Origin: Vitrella brassicaformis CCMP3155
Taxonomy: Eukaryota > Protista > Chromerida
Length of the DNA stretch: 64,000 nt
Direction: 5' to 3'
Assembly (NCBI GenBank): GCA_001179505.1
Contig: CDMY01000592.1
Span: 263,957 to 327,956 of the forward strand
The notes under the pieces were generated by a model. The model was not told the DNA's origin and did no database searches. It was given only the letters and a program-made list of their open reading frames with translations. Position 1 is the first letter of the stretch. The number at the start of each line of letters is the position of its first letter. Shown here one piece after another: positions 50,195-63,145 of the stretch. A program made the translations under genes and the position numbers.

Positions 50195-52406
50195 CTACCA
50201 ATCGCTCTTGGCGCCATCGCCACACCCGCAGCTACCCCCGTCCGCCCCAAATGTCTCCACCAGCTGTGCCGTTGCCCTGTGGGTGCCGTTCAGCATGCCC
50301 ATGCCTGTCGGCTCTTTCTTGTCCTCCCAATACTGCAAAGGGCCGCCCGTGGTGGGCTCCAGAGCCACCTCCCTGCCCTTGGCACCGCCAGGCCTGTGTG
50401 CGTTGACAGAGACGTTCTTGCCGACGGCCCACTTCTCGGTGGCGAGCTCCTCGTCGATCACGGTGGGCGGGGGCAGGTTTAGCAGCACCTTGTCGCCCTG
50501 CACACATGGATGGATGGATGGATGAAAGGGGAGCCGGTGCGTGTGTTGTGTGGTCACCTACCTGTATTTTGACGTCGAATACTGCGATCTTGTAGGGGTC
50601 CCCCGAGAGTGACTCGCCGGTTTGCAGGGAGAAGGTCTTCTTGTGCAGGGGACACGCCACCTTGGGCTCGTCGCCAGCCTCACCTACCACACAAACACAC
50701 ACACACACACACACACACATGGAGGGGTGTTCCCTGGCCCCCCCTCCCCCCCCCTCTCTCTATCTCCGTGTGTGTGTGCGTCTCACCGACGAGGCCCCTG
50801 GACAGCACGAATGCCCTCTTGTGCGGGCACATGTTTTGTGTGGCGAACCACTCGCCGCGCGAGGTGAAGTTGAAGACGGCCAGCTGCGAGTTGCCGTACT
50901 TGACGGCGGCCCCGCCGTCAGAGGGGAACTCCGAGACCTTGCCCACCTCAACCCACTGCCACGACGAATCCGCTGACTCCTTCGTCACCTGCACGCCGAG
51001 AGATGAGATTGGGGCATTTGGTGTGTGTTGTGGGTGGATCGACATACCTTTGCTTCGAAGGGTCCTGTTTCTTTGGGCCATGGTGAGGGAATGGCCTGGC
51101 CGCGCATTGGCCGCTCGCCCATGGCTGAATGGGAGCAGATGGATGGATGGATGGATGGGGCACTCGCTCTATCTCTATCTCTCTCTGTATGTGAGTGATC
51201 GATGTGTTTGGTTTGTTTACTTACTTTTCTGTCTGTCTTGTGTGTTAGCGAACTGGACGAACTTCTTGCGGAGCGCCGGGTCCTCGACGACCTTCCTCCA
51301 CTCACACTCGTACGTCTCAACCACATACTGACACACACACACACACACACACGGAGAGGATGTCTGTGTGCACGTGTGTGTGCGTGTGTGTGTGCCGACC
51401 TGCATGCGATCCTCCAGCTCCTGAGCGATGCCCAGTTTGTCGTGCACCACCACCTGCTTGAGGTACTCGATGCCGCCCTCCAAGTTCTCCAGCCACGGGG
51501 CAGTCCTGCAGCAACACCACACACACACACAAGCACACACATAGAGAGAGGTGTTACAAAGCCATTCCTTGTGCGTCTACTCTCTCTCTCTCTCTGTCTC
51601 TCTCTGTCTCTTTATCGGTCACACTGACCTCTGCAGCGGATCGGCCGTGTAGATGTAATACATCAGAAAGCGGTCCAGATACCTGCACACAGACAGACAG
51701 ACAGACAGACAGAGAGAATGAACGAACGCCTTCCCTCCAAATGCCTCCCCTCCCCATCCCACCCACTTGATGGCGGTCTCTTCGTCGGCATCAGCGGCGA
51801 GCAGCTTGGCGTGTGCCGGCCGCGCCCCCCCGTTGCCGCAGACGTAGACGTTGTAGCCCTTCTCAGTGGCCACCAGACCGAAGTCCTTACCCTGCGCCTC
51901 GGCACACTCGCGGACGCACCCCGACACGCCACTCTTGAGCTTGTGGGGCGAACGCAGGCCTTTGTAGCGATTCTGATCGACACACGCAGACAGGGGCCGG
52001 TGAAGACCGTCATGTGTGTGTGGGCGTGGGTGGAAGGGGTGAGAAGGGGAGAGGGGAAGTACCTCGAGCCTGACGGCGGTCGAGACGGAGTCCTGCACTC
52101 CGTAGCGGCACCAGGTGTTGCCCACACAGCTCTTGACCGTGCGCAGCGCCTGAATGGTCACACACACACACATCCACACACATGGGACACACTTCTTTGT
52201 GTGTGTCCGCCTGCAACACAGCGCAGCGCAGCGCACCTTTGCGTAAGCGTGTCCGCTTTCGAATCCGGCCTCAACGAGTTTCTGCCATATGTCAGGGAGG
52301 TCGGGGATCTGCGCGCCGAACATGTCGATGCGCTGGCCGCCGGTGATCTTGGTGTACAGCCCGTACTCCTTGGCAACCGCAGCTGTGTCAACGGATGGAT
52401 GGAACA

Positions 52407-52444
<38 letters not shown>

Positions 52445-52847
52445 AGGAGGGCATGAGCATGGCAGGGCAGGGGGGGGGTACGGGCCGTCTGCCGTGGTGT
52501 GTTGGTTGTGCTGCTTTCCTTACCGATGGCTGCAAGTCCGTCAGGGGTGACCTCGCCGCCTGGAAACAAAGAGACAGAGAGAAGGAGAGAGAGGAAACAC
52601 CACACCAACAGAATCATGCTGTCCTGGCATCCATCCATCCTTCGATCCCCAGCCCACTCACTCAGGTACCCACCCACCCACCGGGTATTCTGGGAATGAC
52701 GCTGTAGGTGCCGTTGCGCTGCACGTTGGCGAGGAACCGGTCGTTGGTGTCCTGCAGAGTGTTGCGGCCCTCGGCCAACACGTGGCTGTTCCACAACGAC
52801 GCCAATATCGAGGCTATCGCTGGCTTGCAGAGCTGACATGCCACCAC

Positions 52848-52902
<55 letters not shown>

Positions 52903-55332
52903 ATTCCGGGTGTGTGCGAGGGAGGGAGGGGGAAGTGGCGGAAATGCTTCTTCTCACCTCACAGCCGTCCTTGCCCGTGCCAGCGACGGCAAGAACGTCA
53001 TGGAACGAGGTGAGCGCCTTGATCTTGATGATGTCGAAGAGCTCCTTCCTGCTGAAGGGGAAGTGCTTGCAGATGCTCTTGGTGGCGGAAAGGCCGAGCT
53101 TCTTCATCTCCTTGGCCATGATGCCCTTGACGGGCCCGATGGCCACGCACCCGCCGCAGCCCGTGCCCGTCTTGTTGCACTTCTTCATGGCCTCGAGCGT
53201 GTGGTGGCCCTCGCGCACCGCTAAACGGATCATCCCCGCCGTCACGCCGTTGCACGTGCAGACAAGATCGTCGTCCTCTATGCTGCACCAACCAACGAAC
53301 GAACGACATGAAGGGTGTATTGGTGTGGGCGGCTGTGAGTGTCTTTGTTGTGATGATGTCTTACTCGTCTTCGCCGGCCCCGGCTTTCTTGGCAGCCGCA
53401 CCGCCGATCAGCTCTGAGGGCTTCTTGTCGCCCAGTGTGCCTGACCATGGTCGGGGGGGACCCCCAGTATCCATGAGAGAGGGGGGGGTGGGGGACACTC
53501 TGGCCGATGCTCACCTTTCATGGCGAGTGAGAGGAGCTTGCCGTAGTCGGCCGCATCGCCCACCAGGATGGCACCCATCAGCTTGGTTCCTGACCCATCC
53601 ATCCATCCATCCATCCACACGCACACACACATACACACACACAGGTCAGCCAGCGCATCTTCCGCCAGCCCCCACCCACCGGCCTTGTCGACGACAATCT
53701 TCTTGTACACGCCGTTGACCTCATCCAGGTGGGTGAGTTTCTTCATGCTGGGCGCGTACCAATGCCGCTGGAACCAGAAGTCTGCCGACGCGCCGAGCGA
53801 GGCCACGTCCACCCCCAGCAGCTTGAGCTTGGTCGACAGGTCGGAACCCTCGTAGGCCTTCTCGTCCGCAGCCGACTCCGCCAACAGGTTGTGCACCAGC
53901 ACGTCCGCCTGCTGCACCCCCGGCGCCCACAGCCCGTAGCACATCTTGCCGCGGTGAGAGGCCACCTGCGGCAAAGAGATGAGAGGTGAGCGTGTGTGTA
54001 AGTGTGTGTGTGTGTGTGTGTGAGGGTGTCTTGTGTGACTGACCTCTCCGATGGCGTAGATGTCGGGGTTTGAGGTCTGGCATTTGTCGTCGATCTTGAC
54101 GCCGCCGCGGCCGCCGATCTCCAGCCCGCAGTCACGACCCAACTCATCACGGGGGCTGATCGATTTACACACAAGCACACACACACACAGCGGGGAACTT
54201 GCAGGGTCATGCGTGTGTGTGGAAGGGCGGTTTGTTGTGTGTGCATACCGACCGGATGCCGCACGAGACGACGATCATGTCCATGGGGATGGTGAGCTCC
54301 TCGTCGCTGTCGCCCTCTGCCATGCGGACGCCGCAGAACCTGCCAGCCTCGTTGGTCAGAATCTCCTTGATCTTGGCCTTCAGATGCACTGAGATACCCA
54401 TTCCTGCGACCATACACACACACATCCCCCCACACCTACGCACTGTCACGCGGCTCTGTGTGCGTCGGTCGGTCATTGACTGACCGACCTTCGATTATGT
54501 TGGTGAGAATGAGCCCTCCCTGCTGGTCCAGCTGTGTGGGCATCAGGTAAGGCGCCACCTCGAGGATGTGCGTCTCCACGTTGAGGTCGTACACCGCCTT
54601 GGCCGCCTCCAGACCCAGCAGCCCTCCGCCGATGACCGCCGTGCGCTTGGCCGTCTTGCTGTACTCGATGATCTCCTGCATGTCCTCTATCGTCCGGTAC
54701 ACAAACACACCAGGCACAGTCGTCTTCAAACCAGGGGCTGAGAACAGACAGACCCAGACCCAGACACAGACACAGACACAGACACAGACACCCACACACC
54801 AACAGACCAGACCACTCAGTGAAGTGCACTCTCCGTGTGTTTGTTGTGTGGTGTGGGTGTGCTTACAAGGCGGGACGAAGGGGAACGACCCCGTGGCTAG
54901 AACGAGGACGTCATAGGGCACCTTGTCGTTGACGAGCTTGTTTGCCGGGTCGATCTTGACGGCCTTCTCGCCCAGCAGCAGCTCGATGCCGTTGTCGGTG
55001 AAGAACGACTTGTCGCAGAGGGACAGCTTGTCGGGGTCACGGTGCTCGAAAAATGACGTCATCTTGACGCGGTCGTAGGCGTGCCGCGCCTCCTCGCAGA
55101 AAGCCGTCAGCTGGTACCTCTTGCCCTGGTCCTTCTCCACCATTTGCTCTGTGCAGACGGAACGGACAGGGCGCACACACACAGCGAGAGAGATCCATCT
55201 TGAGGCAATGAGTGCACCAGTGCACTGCAGGTGCTCATCCCCCTCACCGAGGAAGTGCTGTCCGATGGGCCCGTTGCCCACCACCACGATGCGCTTCTGC
55301 CGCCCGTTCATCCCTGATGGCTCGGGACTCAT
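50195..55332 (-). CDS. nirB: NAD(P)H-dependent assimilatory nitrite reductase, NirB fused to Rieske NirD (fungal NiiA-type architecture)
   Basis: IVVVGNGPIG, YDVLVLATGS, VIGGGLLGLEAA, BFD CTCNGV...GTGCGGC, QRNGTYSVIPRIPGGEVT, siroheme/4Fe-4S KSCVGNTWCRYG and GVSGCVRECAEA, and Rieske QNMCPHKRAFVLSRG...VACPLHKKTFSL. Confidence 0.95.
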
Positions 55333-55745
55333 GGTCGAAAGTCAACGAGGGATGAGTCAAGGAGTCTTGCTCGGTGAAGATCACCACCAACGCAGTGCGC
55401 CCTGGTCACAAATTGAGGCGGCGGCAGCTCAAAAGCGTCGAAAAGTATTCGGCTTATTTGCCTCGCGTGCGAGCTCAAGCGCGCAAGGGGAAGAAGAGGA
55501 AATAGGGCAGAAGGGGAGGTTACAGGGTGGCGCCCCAGCCCCACTGGACCTTCCTTGACCAAGTTCTTGACCGGCATGATCCATTCCATTCCCACCCGTC
55601 GTTGGGGTCCCATCATTGAGTATCATCGCGCTGACGGTGAACGGACAGGTACTTCCTGTACGTGCGGGGCAGATCAGCTCTATGGTTTGCGTGCATTTGT
55701 CTGTCTGTGTCGGTGCCTCCATGCAGGTGGGTGTGACTCGGCCTG

Positions 55746-57457
55746 ATGGCCCGGCCATCGTCTGCCGCATCCCAAGCACCACCTGCTATGCCGCCCGGGT
55801 GCTTGGGGCTCGATGACGTCGACATCGTCCCCGGTAGGGGCGTCACTGGTGTGACTCAGCAGCTGATGGAGGGCTGCATTCGGCGCACCTTCACATTCGG
55901 CGCCCAAGTCACATCGCTGATCCGTGAGAGAGCTTTCCCGGGAGCCAGCGGCAGCCTTCGAGTCCGCGGCACCAGAGGCACTCACAGCATGTACAGCTGC
56001 CTGTGTTTCGCCATCGACAGCCCAACGAACCGCCCATTCCTCTACGCGAGCGGCGCTCGTAAGCAAAAGGTGCCGGTGGTGCTGCCGCAGTGGTCCTCCC
56101 GTCAGCTGCAGCGTGACGTCATCAATGCACTCATCGACGGCGGGGCGGACATCAATGCGGCCGGAGGGGAAGAGCGGCTCCTCAAGATGGGCATTGCGGC
56201 GGGCAATCTGACGGCTGTGGAGGTCCTCCTGGAGCGGCAGGCCAACGTGCGGGGATTTGGGCCACTAGTGATGGAGCTTCCAGACATGCTCGATGCTGCC
56301 CCTTCCGTCACTCGTGAGTACGAGGCCGCCCTCATTTCGGTGTACCGCCGCCTCATCCGACACGACAGCACACTGCCAGCCGAATGGTCCGTTTATGGAA
56401 ACAGTCTGGTGCATCTGGCGGCCACGGCCCCCTCCATCTTCTCCCAGCAAGTCATCGACCAGTATCTGGACCTCATAACCAGCCACGGTGTCGACACGAC
56501 GGCAGCAAACCACGCGGGCTTCACGCCACTGCACATCGCATCGCGCGGCTCCCCCTGTGTGGCCGAGTGGTTGTGCCGGCAGCTCACAGCCGACGACGTC
56601 AACAGAGGAATGCCGAACCAGCCTCATCGGACACCCCTCGCCATCGCTGCCGATGATCTCATCCAAGAGCAGCAGCAGCGGCAGCTGGGAGAGGGGCGGG
56701 CAAGATACATCCGCAACTACAAGACCACCATCGGTGTGCTGCTGAGGGGCGGGGCAGCCCCATCCATCGCCCGCATGCCCACCGCCACTGACATGCAGCG
56801 CCGTCGTCGCCAGCTGGTCCTGGCCGAGTACGCCACAGTGCTGAGTGAGCTGTCCGAGGCCGTCATGTCGGCCATCAACGGCGCCCTCGCCCCCCAGCGC
56901 GACCACTCGATGCTTCTCGCCCGTCTGCTGCCCCTCGCCCCCCACCACGACGGCGCCCACCCAACCCCTCCCCATCCAACATGGCATTCGGCCCACACGA
57001 GGCTGAGGCCATCGGCTGGAAGATCGGCGCCTTCCTCCACGAGCCCCCCGCTGCTGTGGCCGCCATCGACCAGTACCTCGTCGGCGAGTCGGTGCTGAGG
57101 CGGCGGGTGCGTGCGGCCGTCGGCCACTTCGTCAAGTCGGCGGCCACCCAGACGAGCAGCAACAGGGAGGTCGTGGGCGGGACGCGATACCAGCAGCAGG
57201 GCGACAAGCGCGTCAAGGTGACCGTGCCGCTTCTGCAGTGCTTCGCCGTGGGGGGTCAGCAGGGTGGGCAGCATCGGCTGCTGGGTGTCCGTGAGGTGGT
57301 GCACCGGGCCCGGCTGGACGAGGCAGCCACCCATGGGATGCGGCTGGTCAAGGGCTTCAACGAGCATCTGGGCGATCAGGACTGCCAGTTCGAGTGGGGC
57401 CAGCTGGGCCGCATCGACAAGGGGACCGGTATGTTTGTGTCGCTGGGCATCGACTGA
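55746..57457 (+). pseudogene. Intronless ankyrin-repeat gene of a lineage-expanded family, with a -1 frameshift near 56964
   Basis: ALIDGGADINA, GNLTAVEVLLERQANV, GFTPLHIASRG and RTPLAIA. ORF 55746-57098 and ORF 56981-57457 join if one base is restored in cacccaacccctccccatccaacatg (HP-H-PSPSNM). Confidence 0.7.
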
Positions 57458-57487
57458 CTGAGAGGGAGAAGGAGGGAGACAGAGGGA

Positions 57488-57712
57488 GGGGGGATGAGTG
57501 GGTGAGTGATGGTGGACGGGGGAAGCGGCAGGTTTGTGTGTGGCTCGTGCAGCTCTCTCATTTTTTGTGGCATGTCGTGAGAGACTCTGATGATCGGCTC
57601 ATCTCAACGTCGATTGTGTTTCGTCACACGTGCATTCCATTCATGCGTCAGGACACCGAGGGGATGCCAAGAGAGGGAGGGAGAGGGATGGCCAGCAAGG
57701 CCTGAGATGGCT
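57488..57712 (+). repeat. About 225-bp dispersed repeat, copy 1 (3' flank of the ankyrin gene)
   Basis: Aligns by eye to the reverse complement of 63776-64000 with scattered substitutions. Confidence 0.9.
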
Positions 57713-58258
57713 TCAGCAGCGGTGCATTTCTGCTAGCTGCATTCCGGACAGTTCCGGGGCTCATGTGGCATGGGTGCGGCATACAGCGTCGACTTAGCAC
57801 AGTCAATGATGCACTCGCTTTCGATCCACAGCAAGTCACGTCTTTCGTTGGCGAGGCAGGCAACGGCGATAAAGAAGCACTGACACCAACACACAATGAC
57901 GGATGCACACATTCGCCAACGACACAGAGCGAGAATTCCCACAACACATCGATGGGTACATGAATGCATGCAGGGGCAGCCCGCGTCGATTTGGAACGCC
58001 CAAGGCCGCCCGTCACGCCCAATGACAGACACGCACCCAACCCCACTACGTCAAAAGCCACACACATCCACTCACACCCACTGGCAGGGAAATAGGCAGG
58101 CAGGCAGGCAGGCAGACCCCCCTCCCCCGTACTCGTACCACACACACGAAATGAATCGCTCGCTCTCTCTGTCGGCTGTGAGCGTACCATCCCAGCCACA
58201 CCAAGACAGACACCAGAACCGATCTCACATCTCATGAACCATGAATGCCTTGCTTGAG

Positions 58259-59329
58259 TCAGTGTGGCTTGGTGGCGACAAAAAGGCCCCATGTCTGCAC
58301 GCCAGCCGCCACTCTGTCGAGCTTCTTCTGCCACCCCTCCCGCAGGTCATCGTAGTCGGCCTGCGAGAAGCCCTCCGCAAAGAAGGCCTCCCGCTTCCCC
58401 TCCAGCAAGGCCAGCTCTCTTGTCAGCACACTCGTGAAGTCGGCCGACATGTCGCGGCTCGTCTCGACCGTCAGGCCGGCCTGCTGCAGCACTCGCGCAT
58501 ACTCATCGACAGTGAGCAGAAAGTACTGTCTGTCGGCGATGTAGCTGCGGAATTCCTCTGTCCATGTGTGGGGCGGCCCCCCGCAGCAGTAGTCGGTGAT
58601 AACGACCCTGCCGCCCGGCTTGAGCCACTCGCAGAACCGCCTGAAGAGCGCCAGCTTGGGCTCGATGTGCAGGATGGCGTCGCGGCTGTAGATGACGTCC
58701 ACACTGCTGGCCGGCAGTTCGAGCGTCATGACGTCGGCCTTGCGGAACTCCAGCTGCCCACTTGGGGTGCCTTTGTAGCGCTCCTGTGCGATGTCGATAC
58801 ACGTGGATGTGAGGTCGATGCCCAGGACGTCGGCGCCGTAGGTCTCGTGGATGAAGCTGTCACCGCCCCCAATCCCGCAACCGACGTCTGAGTGGACGGA
58901 CAGACATATGGATGAATGGATGCGCAGACATTCACCGGCGTGATGTTCCGCCTGACAGCTTACTTACCGAGGACACGTTGTCCGGGTTTGAGCTGCATGT
59001 GCTTGGTGATCTCCCTGGTCGTCTCGAGACCGCCTGTCGAGATGAAACCACTGCATGGTACAAACACAGATGTCATGACCATTATACCGTGAGGCTTCTC
59101 CCTCCCATATATCGTCCCTCAGCTGCTCACCTGCCAAAAATGGCCTCATACTTCAACACGCCTGCAGCGAGCTCCAGACCACACACAGGAACGCGACCAT
59201 CCAGCTGTGTCTGTCTGTTTCTCCCCTCTCCCGCTCCTCACCTCTTCTTGAGTACTGCTTCTCCTGCAGATACCTCTCGTACTCGTCTGCCGACGCGGCC
59301 GATGCACCACCGACGTCGATGCTGCCCAT
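58259..59329 (-). CDS. PMT: Phosphoethanolamine N-methyltransferase, single-domain (Plasmodium PMT-like)
   Basis: QYSR..., YEAIFG, DVGCGIGGG, VLGIDL, DVIYSRDAILHI, WLKPGGRVVITDYC, and GWQKKLDRVAAGVQTWGLFVATK. Confidence 0.88.
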
Positions 59330-59673
59330 GACTGGAGGACAGATCTGGACAGATCTAGCAGCCCCTCAGCCCCTGGTGTGGTGCCTCTTTCTTGTCTTGG
59401 CGCTGTTTTTAGCTCGCCCCTGAACCCTAGACCCCAAACCCTGAAGGGAAGGTGTGTGTGTGTGTTTGGGTTGTTCGCTCACCCGCGTCGGCCTGAGGGG
59501 AGAGCCCTGGGATACCAGCGTCCAATAGAAGCCTTGGCCGAGAAACAGACCATCTTGTACGATTCTGCGCGGCAGATCTCGCTGGTAGTCAAAGAGAACA
59601 AGACACGAGAGCAAATACACGAGAGCACAGGACGCCTCTGTGCTCTTCTCGTCAGCCGTGTTTGAGCGTAGCC

Positions 59674-62600
59674 ATGGGAGCGGCAGCTTCGTCGTCATCT
59701 GCCTCTCGCCCTACGCCAGAGGTGAGTCAAGCCACGATTCCGTAGACTGCCATTGCAAAGGATGTGTGTGTTTGTTCGTTTCGTCAGGCGACGCCATGCT
59801 GCGCGAGTAGTCGTTGTCAGGAGGGCACTCGTGTGTTGCTGATGTCGAGCAGCAAGAGGGCTCCCACTGAGGACTACGTGTGGGTCAAGGCCGAGGTGGT
59901 CAGCATCGTCCCACAGGTCTTCTACATGAGGGAGGGCACTCTGCAGGAGGGGATGGAACTCCACATGAGGGAGGTGGGCGGAAGGGGGGAGCTGTTTGAG
60001 CAAGTGGTGCCTTACCAGACCAACACGACCACAAACTCGAACACAGCGACGCCCGTGGTAGGCAAAATGCAGCTCACAGAACAAAAACTCAGCTCTCTGG
60101 ACGGACCCACTGGTTGATGTCTGTCTCTTGTGGTCGGGTGTTTGCTGTGTGTGTGTGTGTTGTTTGTCTGCAGGTGTGGGATTGCAACAAGAAGGTACCG
60201 CACACAGGCACACACAACACACGAACGACGCCACCCATTCTCCGTGGGTCGTTTCTCTGCTTCCTTCAGGCCCCTGTTGGTTTTGGCGAGGACCTTCTGG
60301 CGTCGGTGTTCGGCTTTTTGTCCCCTCGCGAGCTGTCGGCCCTCTTCCCGCCCCCTTGCAGCACCGGCCCTGAACCTATCACCCTCCTCAGCAAGAAGTC
60401 CCGCAGACACAAGCAGACACGCAGGAAATCTGGCTGGTAAGTCAGCAGATGGACGCCAAGGACAGCTTTGGATGCCAAGAGCGATGGATGCATCTCTCCC
60501 TCCCTCTGTGGTGCTCTCTTCAGCCATGTTCGAGCCATTGGCGGCGACGGCACCAGCGACTCACCCCTCTCGTCCATCACACCGTCTTCCGCCCTGCCGT
60601 CGACTATCGGCGGTGGGCTGTTTGCGGGCGCCACATCGGGATCGACCAATGCGATAGCAGAGCCCACCGACTGGGAGACCACGGAGGTATTCGAGGAGAG
60701 AGGTCCCGCCATCGGCCGCCGTGGTCGGCCAGGCCGCGGTCGGCGGGGTGTGCCATCGGCAGCATCAACGGGAGAGGGGGACCTGGCGACTGCTGCCGCG
60801 CCACCAGGCGGCGGCACATCGTCGGTCTTCACATTCGGCGCAACGACCCCCGCATCTCAATCACGGACCACCCGCGTCTTTAACAAGCCCGTCAGCACCG
60901 CCCCTGCGCCCACTTCGAGCGCCAGCCTCACCACCACCACGACCACCACAGCCCCAATCGACCTCTTCGGCGGCAGCATCCAGACCAAGAGTGGCAGCCT
61001 ATTCGCGCCTGCGAAAGCGCCCACCGCATCACGGCCGACAACCACACCCGCCAGCAACCCATTCGAGCTCGATAAGGCGTCCACAAAGGGACGATGTGGC
61101 GGCCTGTTTGGTGCTGAGGCAGCGTTGGGTGTTGAGTCTCTGTTGGGTGGAGTCGGCCCGACGGGCAGCATCTTTGGCGGCACTGGTGAGTGACGCACAT
61201 GGACGGATGGCTGGATGAATCAATCCCATGCTGGCTGCATGTGTGTGTGGATGGATCAGGTATGGCGGCGTCATCTCTCTCCAGCGGCAGTGGGGCGTCA
61301 TTGTCCACCGGCGGCAGTACGTTTGGCGAAGCGGCCTTCGCGCAGCGATCAACCGGTGGACGAGGTGTCATGGAGAGCAGCGACTCCCCCGTGTACATGG
61401 CAGCCCTTCATCAGCAGACACATGTCGCTATCGACCCTCTCACCGATGAAGACCGCCTATTCTGGGAGACCATGACGCCTGACGAGGCGTTTGGGCTCGG
61501 CAGAGGGCTTGTCAACCTGACAGCCCTCAGCCTCGTGCAGCCATCGGACAATCCGTTGTGGTGCATGGACAGCATGATAGCCATCGTAGAGGGCCAGGCG
61601 GCTGGGCGTCACGAGGTGTGTCAGAAGGAGGGGCAGCAGCACATGGCAGAGGGATCCCTCGAGACCATCCAATTCACCACCACCAACACCACCATCGCGA
61701 CGACCCCCAGCAACCGTCCCCCCATCCCTCCTTCATTCACCACTTCGCCCCCGACCCTCCATGCCCTCAAGGCCGTCACTGGAGCCCTCCCACGGCACGA
61801 TGTGCTGGTCAACACGGGCTGGAAGATACCCGCGCTTGAGTGTGTGGAGCAGGTGGGCTGGGGCGCCCGCACGCTGGGCCGCTTCATCAGCTCGTCGCAG
61901 TCGCTCAAGGCCGTCAGTGGGAGTCAATTCTCCTGGTGGGACTGGGCGGCTGTGTTTGGGCGCATACCTGAGGCCCCTGCCGGGCAGCCAGGGCCGCTCA
62001 GACAGCTGGAGCGCATCGGAGAGATCAGGCTTGATACGGAAGGAGTCAGACAACTCCAGGTGGGCAATTGCCGCGCCACACAGCAAAGGCATCGTCAGTG
62101 CGTGTGCTCATGCATATGACGTCCTTCCTACCTTCTTGTGCTGTTCTTAGGATGTGCTCACATCGCGTGGCTGCCAGAAGTCGCTGACGAGGCTCGACGT
62201 GCACATTCGACCGTCGGTGCAAGCCAGCACCCTCCCCGATCTGCTCGCCATCGATGACCTGATCAACATGTGCTGTGTGTCGCCCGACGCCGCCCACCCG
62301 ATATGTGAGGGCCTGGGCTTCTTCGACCTGGCCGTCTTCTACGCCGACGCATTCCTTCATCGCCCATCCCCCTTCATCAAGGCTGCCCTGCAGGAGGCGG
62401 CACGGCGGGCAACCAAAGTGTACTACATCCTCAGCAATCATGACATCACCCACCCCATCGACAATCCCACCCAGGCCGCCATCGACATCGCATCGAGCCT
62501 GTCATTCGAGAGGGCGGAGCGCGTGGTAGTCGAGAAGGCCGCTGGCTTCACGATCCCTCCCGGCACGCCCTCACCCGCCCCCGCCATCATCAGCCACCTG

Positions 62601-63145
62601 CAGCCATTCCCAAATGCCACAGACCTGCATACTCGCGCTCTGGGCGGTGCTGCGGGCCGCCTGTTGGCGCAGAAGATGCCCATGCGAATGAGGAAGGTGG
62701 TATTTTGGGGAGGCGTGAGCAGGGAGGAGAGGAGCGACGTGCTGGACGGATTGGGGAGTGAGAGGGAGGTGGCTGCTGTCGCTGCTGGGGACAGTCTTCT
62801 CACGCAGGACCCCTTTGGCGGGTGGGGGTCGGCGGGATCGCCATCGATTCACAACATACGGCTAGAAGTGGAAGGTATTCAATGAAAGGAAGTGCAGTCA
62901 GTGAGTGCAGTGCAGTGTCACTGATTGTCCGTCAGTATTATGCGCGTGTGTATGCGTTGATGTCTTGCGTCTCTCGTCATTCAGTGCCCGACTCCTCTGA
63001 TGCTGCCCAACTCGTCCGCGACGGCCTGTCGACACTGCTCAACGCTGGCGTGCCAGGCCTGACGGGAGTGCAGTTTCGCTGCCATGGCATGACGGCAACT
63101 TTGGCACCGCCATTCGGCAGGTGCTCCCGAACGGCACGCAAATAG
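59674..63145 (+). CDS. Chimeric hypothetical protein: MG start, F-box-like segment, FG-rich low-complexity tract, lineage-specific C-terminal domain
   Basis: Frame-consistent exons MGAAASSSS...|EGTRVLL...WVKAEVVSIVP|...|DLLASVFGFLSPRELSAL|GGGLFAG..TFGA..DLFGG..GGLFGA..SIFGG|...AALHQQTHVAID...FWETMTPDEAFGLGRGLVNLT...*. Confidence 0.7.

Noticed and set aside
44645-55332. MFS pair next to the nitrite reductase as a nitrate-assimilation cluster
   Set aside because: The transporters show SLC18/DHA1-like motifs rather than the NRT2/NarK nitrate signature, and there is no nitrate reductase in the window.
57588-57706. C/D-box snoRNA within the dispersed repeat (TGATGA...CTGA retained in both copies)
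   Set aside because: The C box lacks the 5' purine, and I see no terminal stem or recognisable rRNA guide. A snoRNA covariance search would be needed.
58259-59329. Methyltransferase as the ArsM partner of ArsS
   Set aside because: Its motifs match PMT, it lacks the ArsM Cys pattern, and it lies about 26 kb away.
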